Shown in pieces: positions 36,851 to 48,429 of a stretch of DNA of 64,000 nt (position 1 is its first letter; each line of letters begins with the position of its first letter). The DNA is from Verrucomicrobiales bacterium (GTDB lineage Bacteria; Verrucomicrobiota; Verrucomicrobiia; Verrucomicrobiales; V1-33): assembly GCA_031411295.1 (NCBI GenBank), contig JANOAV010000037.1, forward strand, positions 1 to 64,000, read 5' to 3'. A program made the translations under genes and the position numbers. Under the pieces are notes generated by a model. The model saw only the letters and a list, made by a program, of their open reading frames with translations, was not told the origin of the DNA and did no database searches.

Positions 36851-37939
36851 ATGGGGGCATGGAATCGACAATCTACGGCGGAACAAGTGGCATCGCATTT
36901 GCGCGGGGAACTGGCGCGAGGGCGATGGAGTGGCTTGATGCCTGGACAGAAATTGTTGGCGCAAGACTTGGGCGCATCGCATAACGCGGTGGAGGCTGCA
37001 CTCCGGCAGCTCGAACGGGAGGGCCTGCTGCTCGGGCGGGGGCCCGGCCGACGGCGGCAAATTCTACTGCCGGGGCAAAGTCAGTCTCGACCGCTGCGGA
37101 TCGCCCTGCTGCACTACGAGCGCGTGGCCAGCACTGAGGGATACGTGATTGAGTTGCAGCATCTCCTCACGGAGGCGGGCCATACCGCCTTTTTCACTGA
37201 AAAGTCCCTGCTGGAACTCGGCATGAATGTGACGAAGATCAGCCGCTTGGTAAAGCAGACGGAGGCGGATGCCTGGATCATTCTGGCGGGCTCTCGCAAA
37301 GTCCTAACGTGGTTCTCTGAGCAGCCAACGCCAGCCTTTGCCCTTTTTGGGCAACGCGATGGGCTCCCCATGGCTGCGACAGGGCCGGACAAACAGGTGG
37401 CATACGCTAACGTCACCCGCCATTTACTCAGTTTGGGCCATCAACGCATTGTGCTGTTGGCTCGGCGGCCTGGGGGAGCCTCAGAGACTAAACTCAGTGA
37501 GAAAGCGTTTCTCGCGGAACTGGAAAGCCAGGGCATCAAGACGGGTGATTTTAATCTCCCGGCTTGGGAAGAAACGCCGGAAGGCCTGCGGGATGTCCTG
37601 ACATTGCTGTTACGGGTCACTCCTCCCACCGCCATGATTATCGATGAAGCCCCGCTCTTTGCGGCCACGCAGCAGTTTCTGGCTGGAAAAGGTATCCGGG
37701 TTCCTCAGCAAGTTTCGTTGGTCTGCACCGATCCTGATCCCACCTTCGAATGGTGCCTGCCCACGATTGCCCATATTCGCTGGGATTCTGCCCCCGTCGT
37801 CCGCCGTATCGTCCAGTGGGCAGCGAACGTCAGTCATGGGAAACGCGACGTTAAGCAATCCCTGGTGCCCGCAGAGTTCGTGCCGGGTGGCACCATTGGA
37901 CCGCCGCTGGTGAGCGGAGAGTCAATTCGTGTTGAATAA
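36851..37939 (+). CDS. GntR-HTH / LacI-type ligand-binding transcriptional regulator
   Basis: N-terminal wHTH (LAQDLGAS...ALRQLEREG); LLSLGHQRI; GIRVPQQVSLV. Divergent from the sulfatase operon. Confidence 0.85.
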   Translation: MGAWNRQSTAEQVASHLRGELARGRWSGLMPGQKLLAQDLGASHNAVEAALRQLEREGLLLGRGPGRRRQILLPGQSQSRPLRIALLHYERVASTEGYVIELQHLLTEAGHTAFFTEKSLLELGMNVTKISRLVKQTEADAWIILAGSRKVLTWFSEQPTPAFALFGQRDGLPMAATGPDKQVAYANVTRHLLSLGHQRIVLLARRPGGASETKLSEKAFLAELESQGIKTGDFNLPAWEETPEGLRDVLTLLLRVTPPTAMIIDEAPLFAATQQFLAGKGIRVPQQVSLVCTDPDPTFEWCLPTIAHIRWDSAPVVRRIVQWAANVSHGKRDVKQSLVPAEFVPGGTIGPPLVSGESIRVE

Positions 37940-37986
37940 TGGCGAATCTGTTCTTCATTGCCTCCATGCAATTTCAACTCAATCCT

Positions 37987-38436
37987 ATGAAGCACATCGT
38001 CGCCATTGCTGCCGTTAGTTTGCTGATAGTCGCCTCCAGCCAAGCCCGGGTTGGCGAAACGCAGAAGGAAATCACGGAGCGTTATGGCGAAGGCAAAAAG
38101 GCTGACACGCAACGGATCACGGCAGCGGAGACGTTCGCTTACGAAAAGAATGAGTTCTACGTCGAGGTCGTGATTTATGAAGGCAAGTCCATCATGGAAA
38201 TCTACGCGCATCGCAAGGGCACCACCGACGACGTGATTAAGGAGCTGCTCAAGGTCAATACTCCGACCGGAACGTCCTGGCATTTTGATCGCAAAGAAAG
38301 CAAATGGCAGCGCGACGGAAAGCCCAAACTAGTCGGCTACCGGTGGCCGGGGCATCCTGATTTCTTCTGTCTCAAAGACGTCGATACCTGTGCTGTGCTG
38401 GAGAAAAAGAGCAAGCCAAGTGCCAGCGGACTCTAG
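37987..38436 (+). CDS. hypothetical secreted protein
   Basis: Signal peptide ending SQA, then RVGET. Confidence 0.7.
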   Translation: MKHIVAIAAVSLLIVASSQARVGETQKEITERYGEGKKADTQRITAAETFAYEKNEFYVEVVIYEGKSIMEIYAHRKGTTDDVIKELLKVNTPTGTSWHFDRKESKWQRDGKPKLVGYRWPGHPDFFCLKDVDTCAVLEKKSKPSASGL

Positions 38437-38476
38437 CCTAATGCTTTTAGCTCCATCCTGCAAGATCTAAATCCGA

Positions 38477-39949
38477 TTACGTGAGGACATCCCGGATCAC
38501 CTGTCCATGCACATCCGTGAGTCTGCGCTCCAGGCCATTGTGATAGAAGGTTAGCCGCTCGTGATTGATTCCGAGGATGTCCAGGATTGTCGCATGGAAA
38601 TCGTAAACGGTGGCCACTTTGTCCACCGCCTTGTAGCCGAACTCATCGGTGGCTCCGTAGCTGAAACCTGGCTTTACGCCTGCTCCGGCCATCCAGGCGG
38701 TGAACCCGGCGGGGTTGTGATCCCGGCCACTAGCGCCCTTTTGGAACGTTGGCATGCGGCCGAATTCGGTGCACCACACGACCAGGGTATCCGCCAGTAA
38801 ACCCCGTTGTTTCAGGTCTGTTAGTAAGGCTGCGATCGGTTGATCCATGACCTCGCCATGCTTCACATACTGGTCCGCCAGCACCTTGTGGCCATCCCAA
38901 TTGCTCACTCCTTCGCCACCGGTTTGATAGGCCCCATTGAACAACTGCACGAAGCGCACGCCTTTTTCCACTAGGCGTCGGGCCAGAATGCAGTTCTTAG
39001 CGTAGGCGGCCTTTAAGTCCTGCACCGGATTCCCGGCGGCATCTGCTCCATACATCTTTAAAATGTGCGCAGGTTCGTTGGCGATGTCCGCCACCTCGGG
39101 CACGGAGAGTTGCATCCGGGCCGCGAGTTCATAACTGGAAATGCGGGCCGCCAATTCGCTGTCGCCTGGGAACTTTTCGAGGTGATGCCGATTCATCCGC
39201 GTAAGGAATTCCCGCGTGGCCCGATCATTGTCCGGGCTGGCTCCAGCGGGCCGTGCGAGATTTCGCAGTGGATTCGTGGCGTTGAAGTCGGTGCCTTGAA
39301 ATGCGGCCGGCAGATACCCTGATCCCCAGAAATTTCCCGCCGATTGCGGGGCGCCCCGCGGATCCGGAATCGCCACATAGGCGGGCAGGGTTTCGTTCTC
39401 CGTGCCCAAGGCATAGGAAAGCCACGAACCCATGCTGGGAAAGGCATCCAGCGTGGAACCGGTGGACATAAAATTCTCCCCAGGGCCGTGAGTATTCGTC
39501 TTGCTAGTGAGCGAATGAATGAAGCACATGTCATCCGCCATCGCCCCCAGATGCGGCACCAGGTCAGATACCATTTTGCCCGACTGACCATACGGTCGGA
39601 ACGCCCATGGGCTCTTGGTGAGATTTCCCTGTTGTCCTTGAAATGTCACTAATCCCTCCGCTCCCGGCATCGGCTGGCCATGGCGTTTGATCAACTCCGG
39701 CTTGTAATCAAAGGTGTCCAACTGACTCACCGCACCGGAGCAGAAAATCATCAGCACATTCTTGGCCCGCGGCGGAACGTGGGATTTCCGTGCCGCGTTA
39801 GGATTCGCTGGATTGATGTCTGGCCGCACTGGTTCAAGATGGGCTTCGGCCCGCAGACGATCCTGTGCCAGGAGTTGCGCCAAGGCAATCTGGCCCAGGC
39901 CAGAAACAGTCTGGGTCAGGAATCGGCGGCGGTTCAAATAGGGATGCAT
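38477..39949 (-). CDS. DUF1501 domain protein (Tat signal)
   Basis: [46 protein letters not shown]. Confidence 0.92.
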   Translation of the reverse strand: MHPYLNRRRFLTQTVSGLGQIALAQLLAQDRLRAEAHLEPVRPDINPANPNAARKSHVPPRAKNVLMIFCSGAVSQLDTFDYKPELIKRHGQPMPGAEGLVTFQGQQGNLTKSPWAFRPYGQSGKMVSDLVPHLGAMADDMCFIHSLTSKTNTHGPGENFMSTGSTLDAFPSMGSWLSYALGTENETLPAYVAIPDPRGAPQSAGNFWGSGYLPAAFQGTDFNATNPLRNLARPAGASPDNDRATREFLTRMNRHHLEKFPGDSELAARISSYELAARMQLSVPEVADIANEPAHILKMYGADAAGNPVQDLKAAYAKNCILARRLVEKGVRFVQLFNGAYQTGGEGVSNWDGHKVLADQYVKHGEVMDQPIAALLTDLKQRGLLADTLVVWCTEFGRMPTFQKGASGRDHNPAGFTAWMAGAGVKPGFSYGATDEFGYKAVDKVATVYDFHATILDILGINHERLTFYHNGLERRLTDVHGQVIRDVLT

Positions 39950-39967
39950 GATAGGGTCAGGTGAAAA

Positions 39968-42769
39968 TTAAAACACGAACAAGAACTCGCTCGTGTTATA
40001 CAAGGCGCGACAGAAGGAGGGCAGGCCGTGTTGCTGGATCTGCTGCACGCATTCCTTGCGTTCCCACCCGTCTGGACTGCGAGAGTAGCAGAGCGCGAAG
40101 GCCCGATCCACCTGAGCTTCGGGCGCGGGCCCGGCTTCCTTGATGAGGCGTTGGGCGAGGATGTCCGCTTGTTGCAGCGCGAAGGTGCTGTTGAATAAAT
40201 TGAGCGCCTGAAGCGGCGTGTTGGAACGCGTCCGCTTGGCCATGACTTGACCGCCATCCGGGCAGTCGAAGGAGCCGAACACGCTGTCCGTGGCTTGCCG
40301 AATGCGGAAAAGATACACCATGCGACGGAACTCGGCCGGACCATATTTCTCCTTGGGGAAATAGTGCATCACGTTCTCATTCACCACGTCCATCAGGTAA
40401 AAGCCTGGGCCACCCATCTTCAAGTCCAATGCCCCGGAGACGCCTAGCATGCTATCGCGAATCGCTTCAGCCTCCAATCGACGCGGTGAATAGCGCCAGA
40501 GAAATTTGCCATCGGCATCCGCTCGCAAGGCTTCTGGCCGTGGCTCGGAGGATTGTTGAAACGCGGCGGAAAGCAGGATCAGTCGCTGCATGTGCTTGAT
40601 GGACCAACCGCTTTTCACAAATTCATCCGCCAGCCAATCCAACAATTCGGGATGCGTGGGGCGGGATCCATTGATGCCGAAATCGCTCGGCGTATCCACA
40701 ATGCCATGCCCGAAAATGTAATGCCAGAGCCGATTCACGAGGACGCGCGCCGTCAGCGGATGCTGCGGGCTGGCAATCCAGTTGGCCAATTTCACCCGTC
40801 GCTGCTGCTCCGGTTCATCGACGGCCAATCCCAGCGATCCCAGCACCGTCAAGGCATCCGGAGCCACCACCTCGCGTGGCTGCATGGGTTCTCCACGATA
40901 CAACCGATGCGTTTTGGGCGGCTGATTGAAGTTGCCAATCCAACCAGTTTGCGATCCTGACAACGAGGAAACTTTGGTTTGCAGATCGCTGATATCCGTT
41001 AGTAATGACTTTGCCGCTGCGGCATCAGAAGGCGCCAACTTGACCAGGAACGCATCCGGGTCTTCCTTCGCGTTAAATGGCATCCGGGAGGTCGAATCAG
41101 CCACCACGGCCCATTGATCGGGCGCAGTTGCCGCTTCTATTTTATACTGCGTAGCCACCCGGTCCATGATGCGCCCGCTGCGATCCCGCGCCCAGACGAC
41201 GCGTTTGATGCGAGACTTCTTGGCAAACGTGATCTGCACCCAACTCGCCCGAACGCTGTTGGCGATCCAACTGTGATCATTGCCAGTCTGACCATCGTTG
41301 ATGTGCTCCAACTTGTGAATCGCATATCCCGGCAGCGTGCCCGAGGCCTGCGGCTTGGCTCCGGCGGAGGCCAGGGCAATGTTATGTCCCGTTTCATCAT
41401 AGACTTCCAACTCGTCGATGCACGGTTCGCCACTATTCGTCGCCATGATCGTAAATTTCACGGCTACGGCCTCCACGGGTGAGAACTCGTCCTCATTTCC
41501 TTTCGCAGTAACTGCGGGTCGCAGCGCTTTAGCCGCCACCGTCCCGGACGCGCTGGCGGCCTTTTGTTTGAAGGATTCCAGCTCCGATTGCTTCGTGGCA
41601 AGCAACGTCTTCACTTGCTCCATGGCCTTGAGTTCGTCCGGTCCCAGCGTCTTGCGGATGGCGCGTTCGCCATGATTCACTCCGGCAAAAACCGCCTGCA
41701 TGGCGTAGTAATCCTTTTGTAAAATGGGATCAAACTTATGGTTATGGCACCGCGCGCACCCCATGGTTAGGCCCAGGAAGGCCGTGCTGGTGGTGCTCAC
41801 CATATCCGCCAGCTCATCCTGCCGCTGCATCGCATTCAGCATCGGATCGCCTTTCACAATGTCGTAAGTCCCCGCCACCAGAAAGCCCGTGGCCGCATCC
41901 GCGCCCAAGGCATCGCCCGCCAACTGCTCGCGCACGAACTGATCGTAGGGTTTATCCGCATTGAGGGACTCGATCAGATAGTCCCGATAATGATAGGCGG
42001 TCTTCCGCTCGCGATTCGTCTCGAAGCCATTGGTATCCCCATACCGCACCACATCCATCCAATGCCGCGCCCAGCGTTCGCCATAACGCGGGCTAGCGAG
42101 CACCTTTTCCACGAGGTGCGCGTAGGCGTCGGGGCGCTGGTCATTCACGAACGCCGCCACTTCCTCAGGCGCGGGCACCAGCCCGTGCATCACGAAATAC
42201 AATCGACGGACTAACGTGATTTTGTCCGCTGGCAGCGATGGCGTGAGCGATTGTTCTTTGAGTTTTGCCAGCACAAAATAATCGATTTCATTTTTCGCGA
42301 AGGACGACTCCTGAACTGGAACCGCCGGATGTTTCACAGGTTGGAACGACCAATGATCCGTCTTAATCTGCAATGCTGCCGCAGCTTCCGCCTCGCCCGG
42401 CATTTTAGCTCCATTGTCAATCCACGCCTTCAGCAGCGTCACCTGAGCTTCCGTCAGACGATCTCCTTTGGGTGGCATCATGTCCTTTTCGTCCTTGGCC
42501 AGAATGCGATCAATGATCAGGCTATCCGCACTGCTCCCCCGCACAAACAAAGGCTCACCCGAGTCCCCTCCTTTCAAGATACCTGAGGTGGTATCCAGTC
42601 GCAATTGCTTCTTGGCCTTGTCCGCATCATGACAATCGAAACAATGCGCCTCCAAGATCGGTCGAATGTCGCGCCCAAAATCCACGGCTGCCGGAGACTC
42701 GGCCGCAGCCTCCAAGCGGACTGTCAGCAAAGCCAGCGCAGGAACTGCAAGAAATTTAAAGGATCGCAT
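39968..42769 (-). CDS. planctomycete cytochrome c + PSD1 (DUF1549/DUF1553) protein
   Basis: CFDCH, HWSFQP, YGERWARHW, CARCHNHKFDPI, HPELLDWLA, RRLEAEAIRD, TPLQAL. Confidence 0.92.
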   Translation of the reverse strand: MRSFKFLAVPALALLTVRLEAAAESPAAVDFGRDIRPILEAHCFDCHDADKAKKQLRLDTTSGILKGGDSGEPLFVRGSSADSLIIDRILAKDEKDMMPPKGDRLTEAQVTLLKAWIDNGAKMPGEAEAAAALQIKTDHWSFQPVKHPAVPVQESSFAKNEIDYFVLAKLKEQSLTPSLPADKITLVRRLYFVMHGLVPAPEEVAAFVNDQRPDAYAHLVEKVLASPRYGERWARHWMDVVRYGDTNGFETNRERKTAYHYRDYLIESLNADKPYDQFVREQLAGDALGADAATGFLVAGTYDIVKGDPMLNAMQRQDELADMVSTTSTAFLGLTMGCARCHNHKFDPILQKDYYAMQAVFAGVNHGERAIRKTLGPDELKAMEQVKTLLATKQSELESFKQKAASASGTVAAKALRPAVTAKGNEDEFSPVEAVAVKFTIMATNSGEPCIDELEVYDETGHNIALASAGAKPQASGTLPGYAIHKLEHINDGQTGNDHSWIANSVRASWVQITFAKKSRIKRVVWARDRSGRIMDRVATQYKIEAATAPDQWAVVADSTSRMPFNAKEDPDAFLVKLAPSDAAAAKSLLTDISDLQTKVSSLSGSQTGWIGNFNQPPKTHRLYRGEPMQPREVVAPDALTVLGSLGLAVDEPEQQRRVKLANWIASPQHPLTARVLVNRLWHYIFGHGIVDTPSDFGINGSRPTHPELLDWLADEFVKSGWSIKHMQRLILLSAAFQQSSEPRPEALRADADGKFLWRYSPRRLEAEAIRDSMLGVSGALDLKMGGPGFYLMDVVNENVMHYFPKEKYGPAEFRRMVYLFRIRQATDSVFGSFDCPDGGQVMAKRTRSNTPLQALNLFNSTFALQQADILAQRLIKEAGPAPEAQVDRAFALCYSRSPDGWERKECVQQIQQHGLPSFCRALYNTSEFLFVF

Positions 42770-43019
42770 TATCGAATTGTTTGAAGGGAACAGGGTTGGG
42801 CAAATCATACCCATCCCCGAAACTACCACCCAGTCCCTCGAAGTGCAATTCCCGAACGGGGGGGCACGCCAAGCCACTACAGGCTCCCCTACTTTCAGCG
42901 CTGCTGAGTTCAAATCTAGGTTCCCAAAACCCTTGACCAACGAGGAAGAGATTGAGTTTCTGGGGCTTACTGAGAGTCCCTGCATGGTTGAGCCAGCGGG
43001 TGGACCGGAAGTTGTGCCA

Positions 43020-43826
43020 TCACTTGCCTTTCTTGCCATCAATGGTGGCGCCTGAGACGAAGATCATTCCATCCTGAGTAACTTCATTTTTTCCCACATA
43101 CATGCCCCAACGGAAATTCGTCGTGCCGGCAGGTCTGGGATAGGCACCCGCGCCGACCTTTTTACCGTCCAAATAGACCTCATAATCGTTTCCGTTGTCC
43201 CGCACCCGAATATGGAACGGTTTCCCAATCATGTCGTTCGCGATCACCACGTCAGAGCTTCCCCGGCGGTGGTTCAACTTGACGGAGCCAGTGGTGTTGG
43301 TCAGGAGTGAGACCGCCCAGTCGTTCTTGTCGTTCTTCACTTGGAAGATCATCGAGCCGATGGGCTTAACCAGCGTGTAGGTGCCGCTCCACTCGTGCCA
43401 GGAACCGTGTCCCCACTTTAATTCGCTGAAGGCCTCGACTCGGGCGGCATTTTCGCGCGCGTTGTGCACGTTAGTCTCGCCTGTGAAGAGCCGGAAAACT
43501 TGGGTGCTGCCATCCTCCTGATACCAGCGTGACCAATCTTTGAAGTCGCCTCTTGGAATCGCACTGTTGACCAAGGTGTGCAGCTTGATGTTTGAGTCGA
43601 TCGGACGTTTCGCTTCCGGGGTGAGTTCGATCTGACGATGGTCCACTTTAACCTTGGATCCAGTCACGCCTTCCTTCGAGCTATGCCCGTCTGGCAACTT
43701 CTTCCGCTTCACTAATTCTGCAAAAGTGGGATCCTTTCCACTCTGGGTGTAAAGGGGCTCGCAAAAGACTGACTGCATGGAAACGAGGCCGATGAGGATT
43801 GCTAGAGAGCGTTTTCTTAAGGCCAT
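43020..43826 (-). CDS. secreted jelly-roll protein, possibly polysaccharide lyase (PL7-like)
   Basis: Signal peptide, ARVE, IFQVK, YEVYLDG, and NFRWGMY resembling the PL7 YFKAGxY motif. Confidence 0.5.
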   Translation of the reverse strand: MALRKRSLAILIGLVSMQSVFCEPLYTQSGKDPTFAELVKRKKLPDGHSSKEGVTGSKVKVDHRQIELTPEAKRPIDSNIKLHTLVNSAIPRGDFKDWSRWYQEDGSTQVFRLFTGETNVHNARENAARVEAFSELKWGHGSWHEWSGTYTLVKPIGSMIFQVKNDKNDWAVSLLTNTTGSVKLNHRRGSSDVVIANDMIGKPFHIRVRDNGNDYEVYLDGKKVGAGAYPRPAGTTNFRWGMYVGKNEVTQDGMIFVSGATIDGKKGK

Positions 43827-43922
43827 TTGATTTGCAGGGATAAGGGTCGGATACGGCAAGCAGGAGCAGGTAAAAGATGGGAGGTTTTGATGAGCGGCAG
43901 GGGCAGCGGGCCACCTTGCATG

Positions 43923-45314
43923 CTACCCGAGGAACTGCTTGATGGCACCTGTTTGATCCAGCTTCAAACGCGACATCTCGAGATCGAAGTCGCCATAGTG
44001 CTTGATCGGATTGCCATGGGCGTTGAGCAGGGTGGTATACCAGTTGCCGAGGGTCTTGTGGCCCTCGGTGCCATGAAACGGCAGGCGGATGTAGCGGCCT
44101 GAGCTATTCAGGTTGCACTTGTTGCCGGCCAGAATCACGAACGGGGACTCGATTCCGATGCCGTGGTGAGTTTCTCCATTCTCGGGGAAATACATGATCA
44201 TGGTGTTGTCGAACATCGTGCCTTTCCCCTCGGGAGTCTTCTTCAGTTCTTCGACGATCTGCTTGATCTGATTCACATGACTGATGCGAATCTGCTCACG
44301 GGTCATCCATGCGGGCACGCCGCCGAACGCTTCGTCGTGGCCGAGCGGGTGGATGCCGACACGGTCGGTCTCGTTGCCCGGGAGCCCAATGATTGGCGTG
44401 CCGAGGTCATCAATCGTGTAAGTCACCACATTCGTCAGGCCAGCTTTGAGCGCGGCAATCAGCACGTCCGTCATTCCCGCCTGCTTCTCTGGCGTGGTGG
44501 CGTTTTCGCCACCGTTGGCGTGAACGGGTGCGAGTTTCGGCACGAATTTTTCGAGCGAGCCGGCCATGGCGATGAGCTTCTTGTTGCGCTCGCGAATTGC
44601 ATCAATCGATTCGATCTGCGACTCCTGGCGCTTCATTTCGTGCCCCTTGATGCCGCTGATCTTCATACCTTCCTTGCTTTGCAGGAACGAGAGCATGTCG
44701 TTGTCGGTATTCACGGCATCCGGGTTCAGGACGGACTTGAACAGTTCGCTGCGTGCGGTGTCAGGGTCTGCGTAGCAATAGTTTCTAGTTTGGGGTGCTG
44801 GTGCGGAATATCCTGACACGATGCCCGAGCGACCATCAGCGAAGGACAGCTCAACATGCCCGAACGGTGAAGGGAACAGCTTGGCCAGTTCGAAGTCGAT
44901 CGTCGTCCGTTTGATCGCGCTGAGCGTGTTACGATTCGACTTGAAGCAGCCCATCACTGAGGAAAACGAGAAGTGGACGTTTTCGCTCATCTTGGCGGAG
45001 ATACCCTGGAGGATGGTCATGTTCTCTTTGTGGGCATCCAGGCCCCGCAGCCATTTGGGCAGTTCGTGCTTGTCGAGGGCCACTTCCAAAGGTTGCTTGG
45101 CGTCGTCCAGCGCCTTGTCCTTGGTCGAAAAATCGCGCAGGGCCGTTTCCGTCGGCACGATGCCGCTGGACTTGCGGATAAAAATGAAGCGCTTGGGAAA
45201 ACCACCGCTTATGCCGCCGGGCGACGCGAACAATTGATTGATGGACGGAGCGAGCGCCATCGCGCCCATGCCGAGGATGGATTTGGCCAAGAAGTCTCTC
45301 CTGCTGGTGATCAT
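43923..45314 (-). CDS. DUF1552 domain protein (Tat signal), paralogue A
   Basis: SRRDFL, PKRFIF, GLTNVVT, PEGKGTMFDNT, GETHH. Confidence 0.85.
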   Translation of the reverse strand: MITSRRDFLAKSILGMGAMALAPSINQLFASPGGISGGFPKRFIFIRKSSGIVPTETALRDFSTKDKALDDAKQPLEVALDKHELPKWLRGLDAHKENMTILQGISAKMSENVHFSFSSVMGCFKSNRNTLSAIKRTTIDFELAKLFPSPFGHVELSFADGRSGIVSGYSAPAPQTRNYCYADPDTARSELFKSVLNPDAVNTDNDMLSFLQSKEGMKISGIKGHEMKRQESQIESIDAIRERNKKLIAMAGSLEKFVPKLAPVHANGGENATTPEKQAGMTDVLIAALKAGLTNVVTYTIDDLGTPIIGLPGNETDRVGIHPLGHDEAFGGVPAWMTREQIRISHVNQIKQIVEELKKTPEGKGTMFDNTMIMYFPENGETHHGIGIESPFVILAGNKCNLNSSGRYIRLPFHGTEGHKTLGNWYTTLLNAHGNPIKHYGDFDLEMSRLKLDQTGAIKQFLG

Positions 45315-45318
45315 GGTA

Positions 45319-48300
45319 TTAATTTTCTATGGGTTTGCGGTAGATAAATGAATCGGAGGTGAGGAGCGACAAGATGACGGCATCAAAACTGCCGCCGCTG
45401 TTGATGTATGCCTGCTCGGCATCCATCAAGGTTTTGGAATCCGAGAGGAATTCGTTGCGCCCCAGGAAGTATCGGAAGGCAAACCGGATGATGGACTGCC
45501 TGACACGTCTGGATTTTGCGAGCCGCTCGGTGAGGTCGATGGCGTCTTTCACTTCTCCGTCGAGCAAGCTGTCACCTGTGCCTTTCAGATAGCCCTTCGA
45601 GTTCACAGGCCGCGTCTTATATACGTCCCGCGTTTCAACCAGCAAATCCCACTTATCCGGGTTCTTCTTCACGAGCTTGTCGGGGTATTCCAGCGACTCC
45701 TGCGTGCGGAACCTGCCGAAGTCATCATAGCTTTCAAAGGCATACCCGAGAGGGTTCATGCCTTCGTGGCATTTCCAGCAGTAGGCTGTTTCCGTGGCAC
45801 TGGCCAGACGATCGCGCAGGGTCTTGTCGTGATGCTCGGGAATGACCGCGTCCACGCTGATGGGCGTGTCGGGCAACGTTCCTGCCAGCAATTTTTCGCG
45901 CACCCACTTGCCACGATGAACAGGATCGGTCTCGGTGTTTTTCGCGAAGGCGACGAGCCATGACGGGTGCGTGAGGATGCCCTTGCGATTCGGGAGCTTG
46001 CCCGGCTGCTGCGTCTGATAATCCCAATCGTCCAATGGAATGCCGTAAAACATCGCGACGTTGTAGCCGACCATGAATTCATAACCATAGCCAGGATACG
46101 TATCGAAGGGCGCGGCCTCTTTCTGCCCTTTATCGAGCCGCGCGGTGATGGTTGTCATCGCTTTCTTGAAAAGCTGGATAGGCTTTCCCTGCCTGGTGCC
46201 GCCGCTGTCGAGGTTGTCGGGGTCCACGGTGCGCATCTTCACTTCGCGGAGAAAGTCCGCGTGCTTGAGGAGGTCTTCGTTCTTGAAGTTCTTCCAATCG
46301 AGGTCCTTGTAATGAGCATAGATGCGCTTGAGGCGGTCGGACGCGGCCTGCATCCGCTCATTGTCCCCGTCGTGGTAAATGTAGAATTTGTCCGTGGTCA
46401 GTAGTTCCTCGAAGACGTTTTGATCCTTTTCGAGGATATGCTCGATGAGCCTGTCGGTCTCATTGACGAGGCGGCAGGTGGCGTCGGCGATTCTGTCCCC
46501 GCCAAAACGCTTCTCGTCCTTGAATATCGAAATCGCCGCCGGATAGCCGAAGAACTCGCGGAAGAACCGCAGTTTGCGGATAGGCGTCTGCGTCGTGTTC
46601 TCCGGGTAACTTTTGTCGTAGAGGACGGTATCAATGAGCCAGGTCGTGTCGCGGCTTTTCAAGAGGCGCAGGACTTCACGCTCATAGTCTTCCCTCGTGT
46701 TCAGCTTCCCGCCCGCTGCGGCGGCGGCGAGTTCAATGTCGGGCGCCTGGTCGGTTAGCGCGTAGGCGATGGCGTAACTGGCATCGCGCGGGGCAAGCAT
46801 CCGGCGTCCGTATTGGTCGGCCGGCCCGGAGCCAAATTCCTGCCGATAGGCAAACTCCGTCGAAAGGATAAACGTCTGGATGAGCTTCTGGATGGCCTTG
46901 AGTTTGCCGAGCTTGGTTACGTAGGTCTTGGCAACGGCCAGATACTCCTGCGTTTCCGAGTCGGTCGGCGGACGTTGCAAAATCTGCATGGATAGCTCGC
47001 TCACGAGTTCCAAGAGCAGCTTGTCCGAGGGCATCCCGGCAGAATTTCGTTGCTTCTCAAAATCCTGCCCCCACTCACTCAGGCACTTCTTGATGATGTC
47101 AGAATAACGATCGCCCTGCCTGCGATTCTTCATCACCGTCTCGCGGACAATTGTCATCTCAGCAGCATCCGACTGTGTCCCCCCAGCAGGCTGACCTTTC
47201 GGTTTTACCTGCCTCAGTTTTTTCGCGGCTGACTTGCTCGGTTTGAACTTCTTTCCGCTTGCAACCATCTCGCGAATTTCCGGCATATAATCCCGGAGAA
47301 TGGTCACCCGTCCCTGGATTGTCCGTTCATCGTTCCCGTAATAAAACCAAGTCCGCTCGCACAAATCCCGGAACTGGTCGTCGGACAGCTTCGAGTAGCG
47401 GTCGTCCTGGAGAAGGTCAGACACAGTGGCCTCGCCCTTTAATTGCGACAGCATGTTCTGGGCAACGTGGAAAGGAGCCTTCTTGTAAGTCTCCCCTTTG
47501 GCCAGCGTCTCTGGCGCCTTGAGTTGCACCTTTTTGAACGCCGGCAGCAGGGCTGCGTTCTTGCCGCCGTATATCTCTTCACAAATGTCGGCAATGTTTT
47601 CCTCGAGGAACTCCTGACGTTCCGCCAACGTGTCTTGCAGCCGGTCGTCGAGCGACATAATTTCATTGATGGCCGGGAGAAACTTGATGTTCCGCTTCAC
47701 CAAGTCCTCCGTAATGAACTCGGCGGTCTTCTGCGCGTTGGTCAGCATGCTCGACAGATGCCCGCCCGTCAGATCCTCGTTCGCGTAGTATCTTACGCCG
47801 GATGTGTTCGGCAGGAGGAAGGGATTGGTCAGGCTGAGTCCTTGGATCTTGTTGCTGCCCAGGATGCCCGCCGCTTTTCCGCCGCGCTTGACCGTGGCTT
47901 TCTGTTCCAGCATCTGCTGAAACTTCGCATTGAAGATGTATTCGCTGATGAGCCATCGGCGGTCATAGGTGAATCCGGGTAAATTTTTATACTCGCCCGA
48001 GAACAGTTTTTCATGGTTCACGTAGTTGCCAAATTCGGGCTTCTGCAACTTGTCCTCCAGTGTTGAGGCTTTATGCGTGCCCAGTTCTTTCGCGAGCAGC
48101 GCCAGCACCGTGGCGCGCTCGTCGTCGCTGGGTTGTGTCTTGTTCTTGGGCGGCATTTGCTGGAAAAAGAGTTGCTCCTGCATCTTGTTGAGCAAATCGA
48201 GCCGCCGCGGCAAATCCATCTCGGCCAAGTTATCCAGCCTCACGTCGCCTTTGTGCGTCTCCGCGTCGTGGCACGAATAGCACTGGCTGTTCAAGACCAA

Positions 48301-48429
48301 TGCGATCTTTTCCGGGATGAGGAAGGGCTGCGCGGGAGCGGACTTGCCATCTTGTGTCGCAGCCCCGCCGACGGGGCCTGCACCCAGCAGCACGGCGGCT
48401 ATCCCTGCATGGAAAGTTGCCTTATTCAT
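45319..48429 (-). CDS. DUF1588-containing c-type cytochrome protein, paralogue A
   Basis: N-terminal CYSCH; RKGILTHPSWL...PVHRGKWVRE...CWKCH...NPLGYAFE. Start trimmed to MNKATF. Confidence 0.85.
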   Translation of the reverse strand: MNKATFHAGIAAVLLGAGPVGGAATQDGKSAPAQPFLIPEKIALVLNSQCYSCHDAETHKGDVRLDNLAEMDLPRRLDLLNKMQEQLFFQQMPPKNKTQPSDDERATVLALLAKELGTHKASTLEDKLQKPEFGNYVNHEKLFSGEYKNLPGFTYDRRWLISEYIFNAKFQQMLEQKATVKRGGKAAGILGSNKIQGLSLTNPFLLPNTSGVRYYANEDLTGGHLSSMLTNAQKTAEFITEDLVKRNIKFLPAINEIMSLDDRLQDTLAERQEFLEENIADICEEIYGGKNAALLPAFKKVQLKAPETLAKGETYKKAPFHVAQNMLSQLKGEATVSDLLQDDRYSKLSDDQFRDLCERTWFYYGNDERTIQGRVTILRDYMPEIREMVASGKKFKPSKSAAKKLRQVKPKGQPAGGTQSDAAEMTIVRETVMKNRRQGDRYSDIIKKCLSEWGQDFEKQRNSAGMPSDKLLLELVSELSMQILQRPPTDSETQEYLAVAKTYVTKLGKLKAIQKLIQTFILSTEFAYRQEFGSGPADQYGRRMLAPRDASYAIAYALTDQAPDIELAAAAAGGKLNTREDYEREVLRLLKSRDTTWLIDTVLYDKSYPENTTQTPIRKLRFFREFFGYPAAISIFKDEKRFGGDRIADATCRLVNETDRLIEHILEKDQNVFEELLTTDKFYIYHDGDNERMQAASDRLKRIYAHYKDLDWKNFKNEDLLKHADFLREVKMRTVDPDNLDSGGTRQGKPIQLFKKAMTTITARLDKGQKEAAPFDTYPGYGYEFMVGYNVAMFYGIPLDDWDYQTQQPGKLPNRKGILTHPSWLVAFAKNTETDPVHRGKWVREKLLAGTLPDTPISVDAVIPEHHDKTLRDRLASATETAYCWKCHEGMNPLGYAFESYDDFGRFRTQESLEYPDKLVKKNPDKWDLLVETRDVYKTRPVNSKGYLKGTGDSLLDGEVKDAIDLTERLAKSRRVRQSIIRFAFRYFLGRNEFLSDSKTLMDAEQAYINSGGSFDAVILSLLTSDSFIYRKPIEN

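Noticed and set aside
42770..43042. N-terminal extension of the PSD1 cytochrome
   Set aside because: A clear signal peptide starts at 42769.
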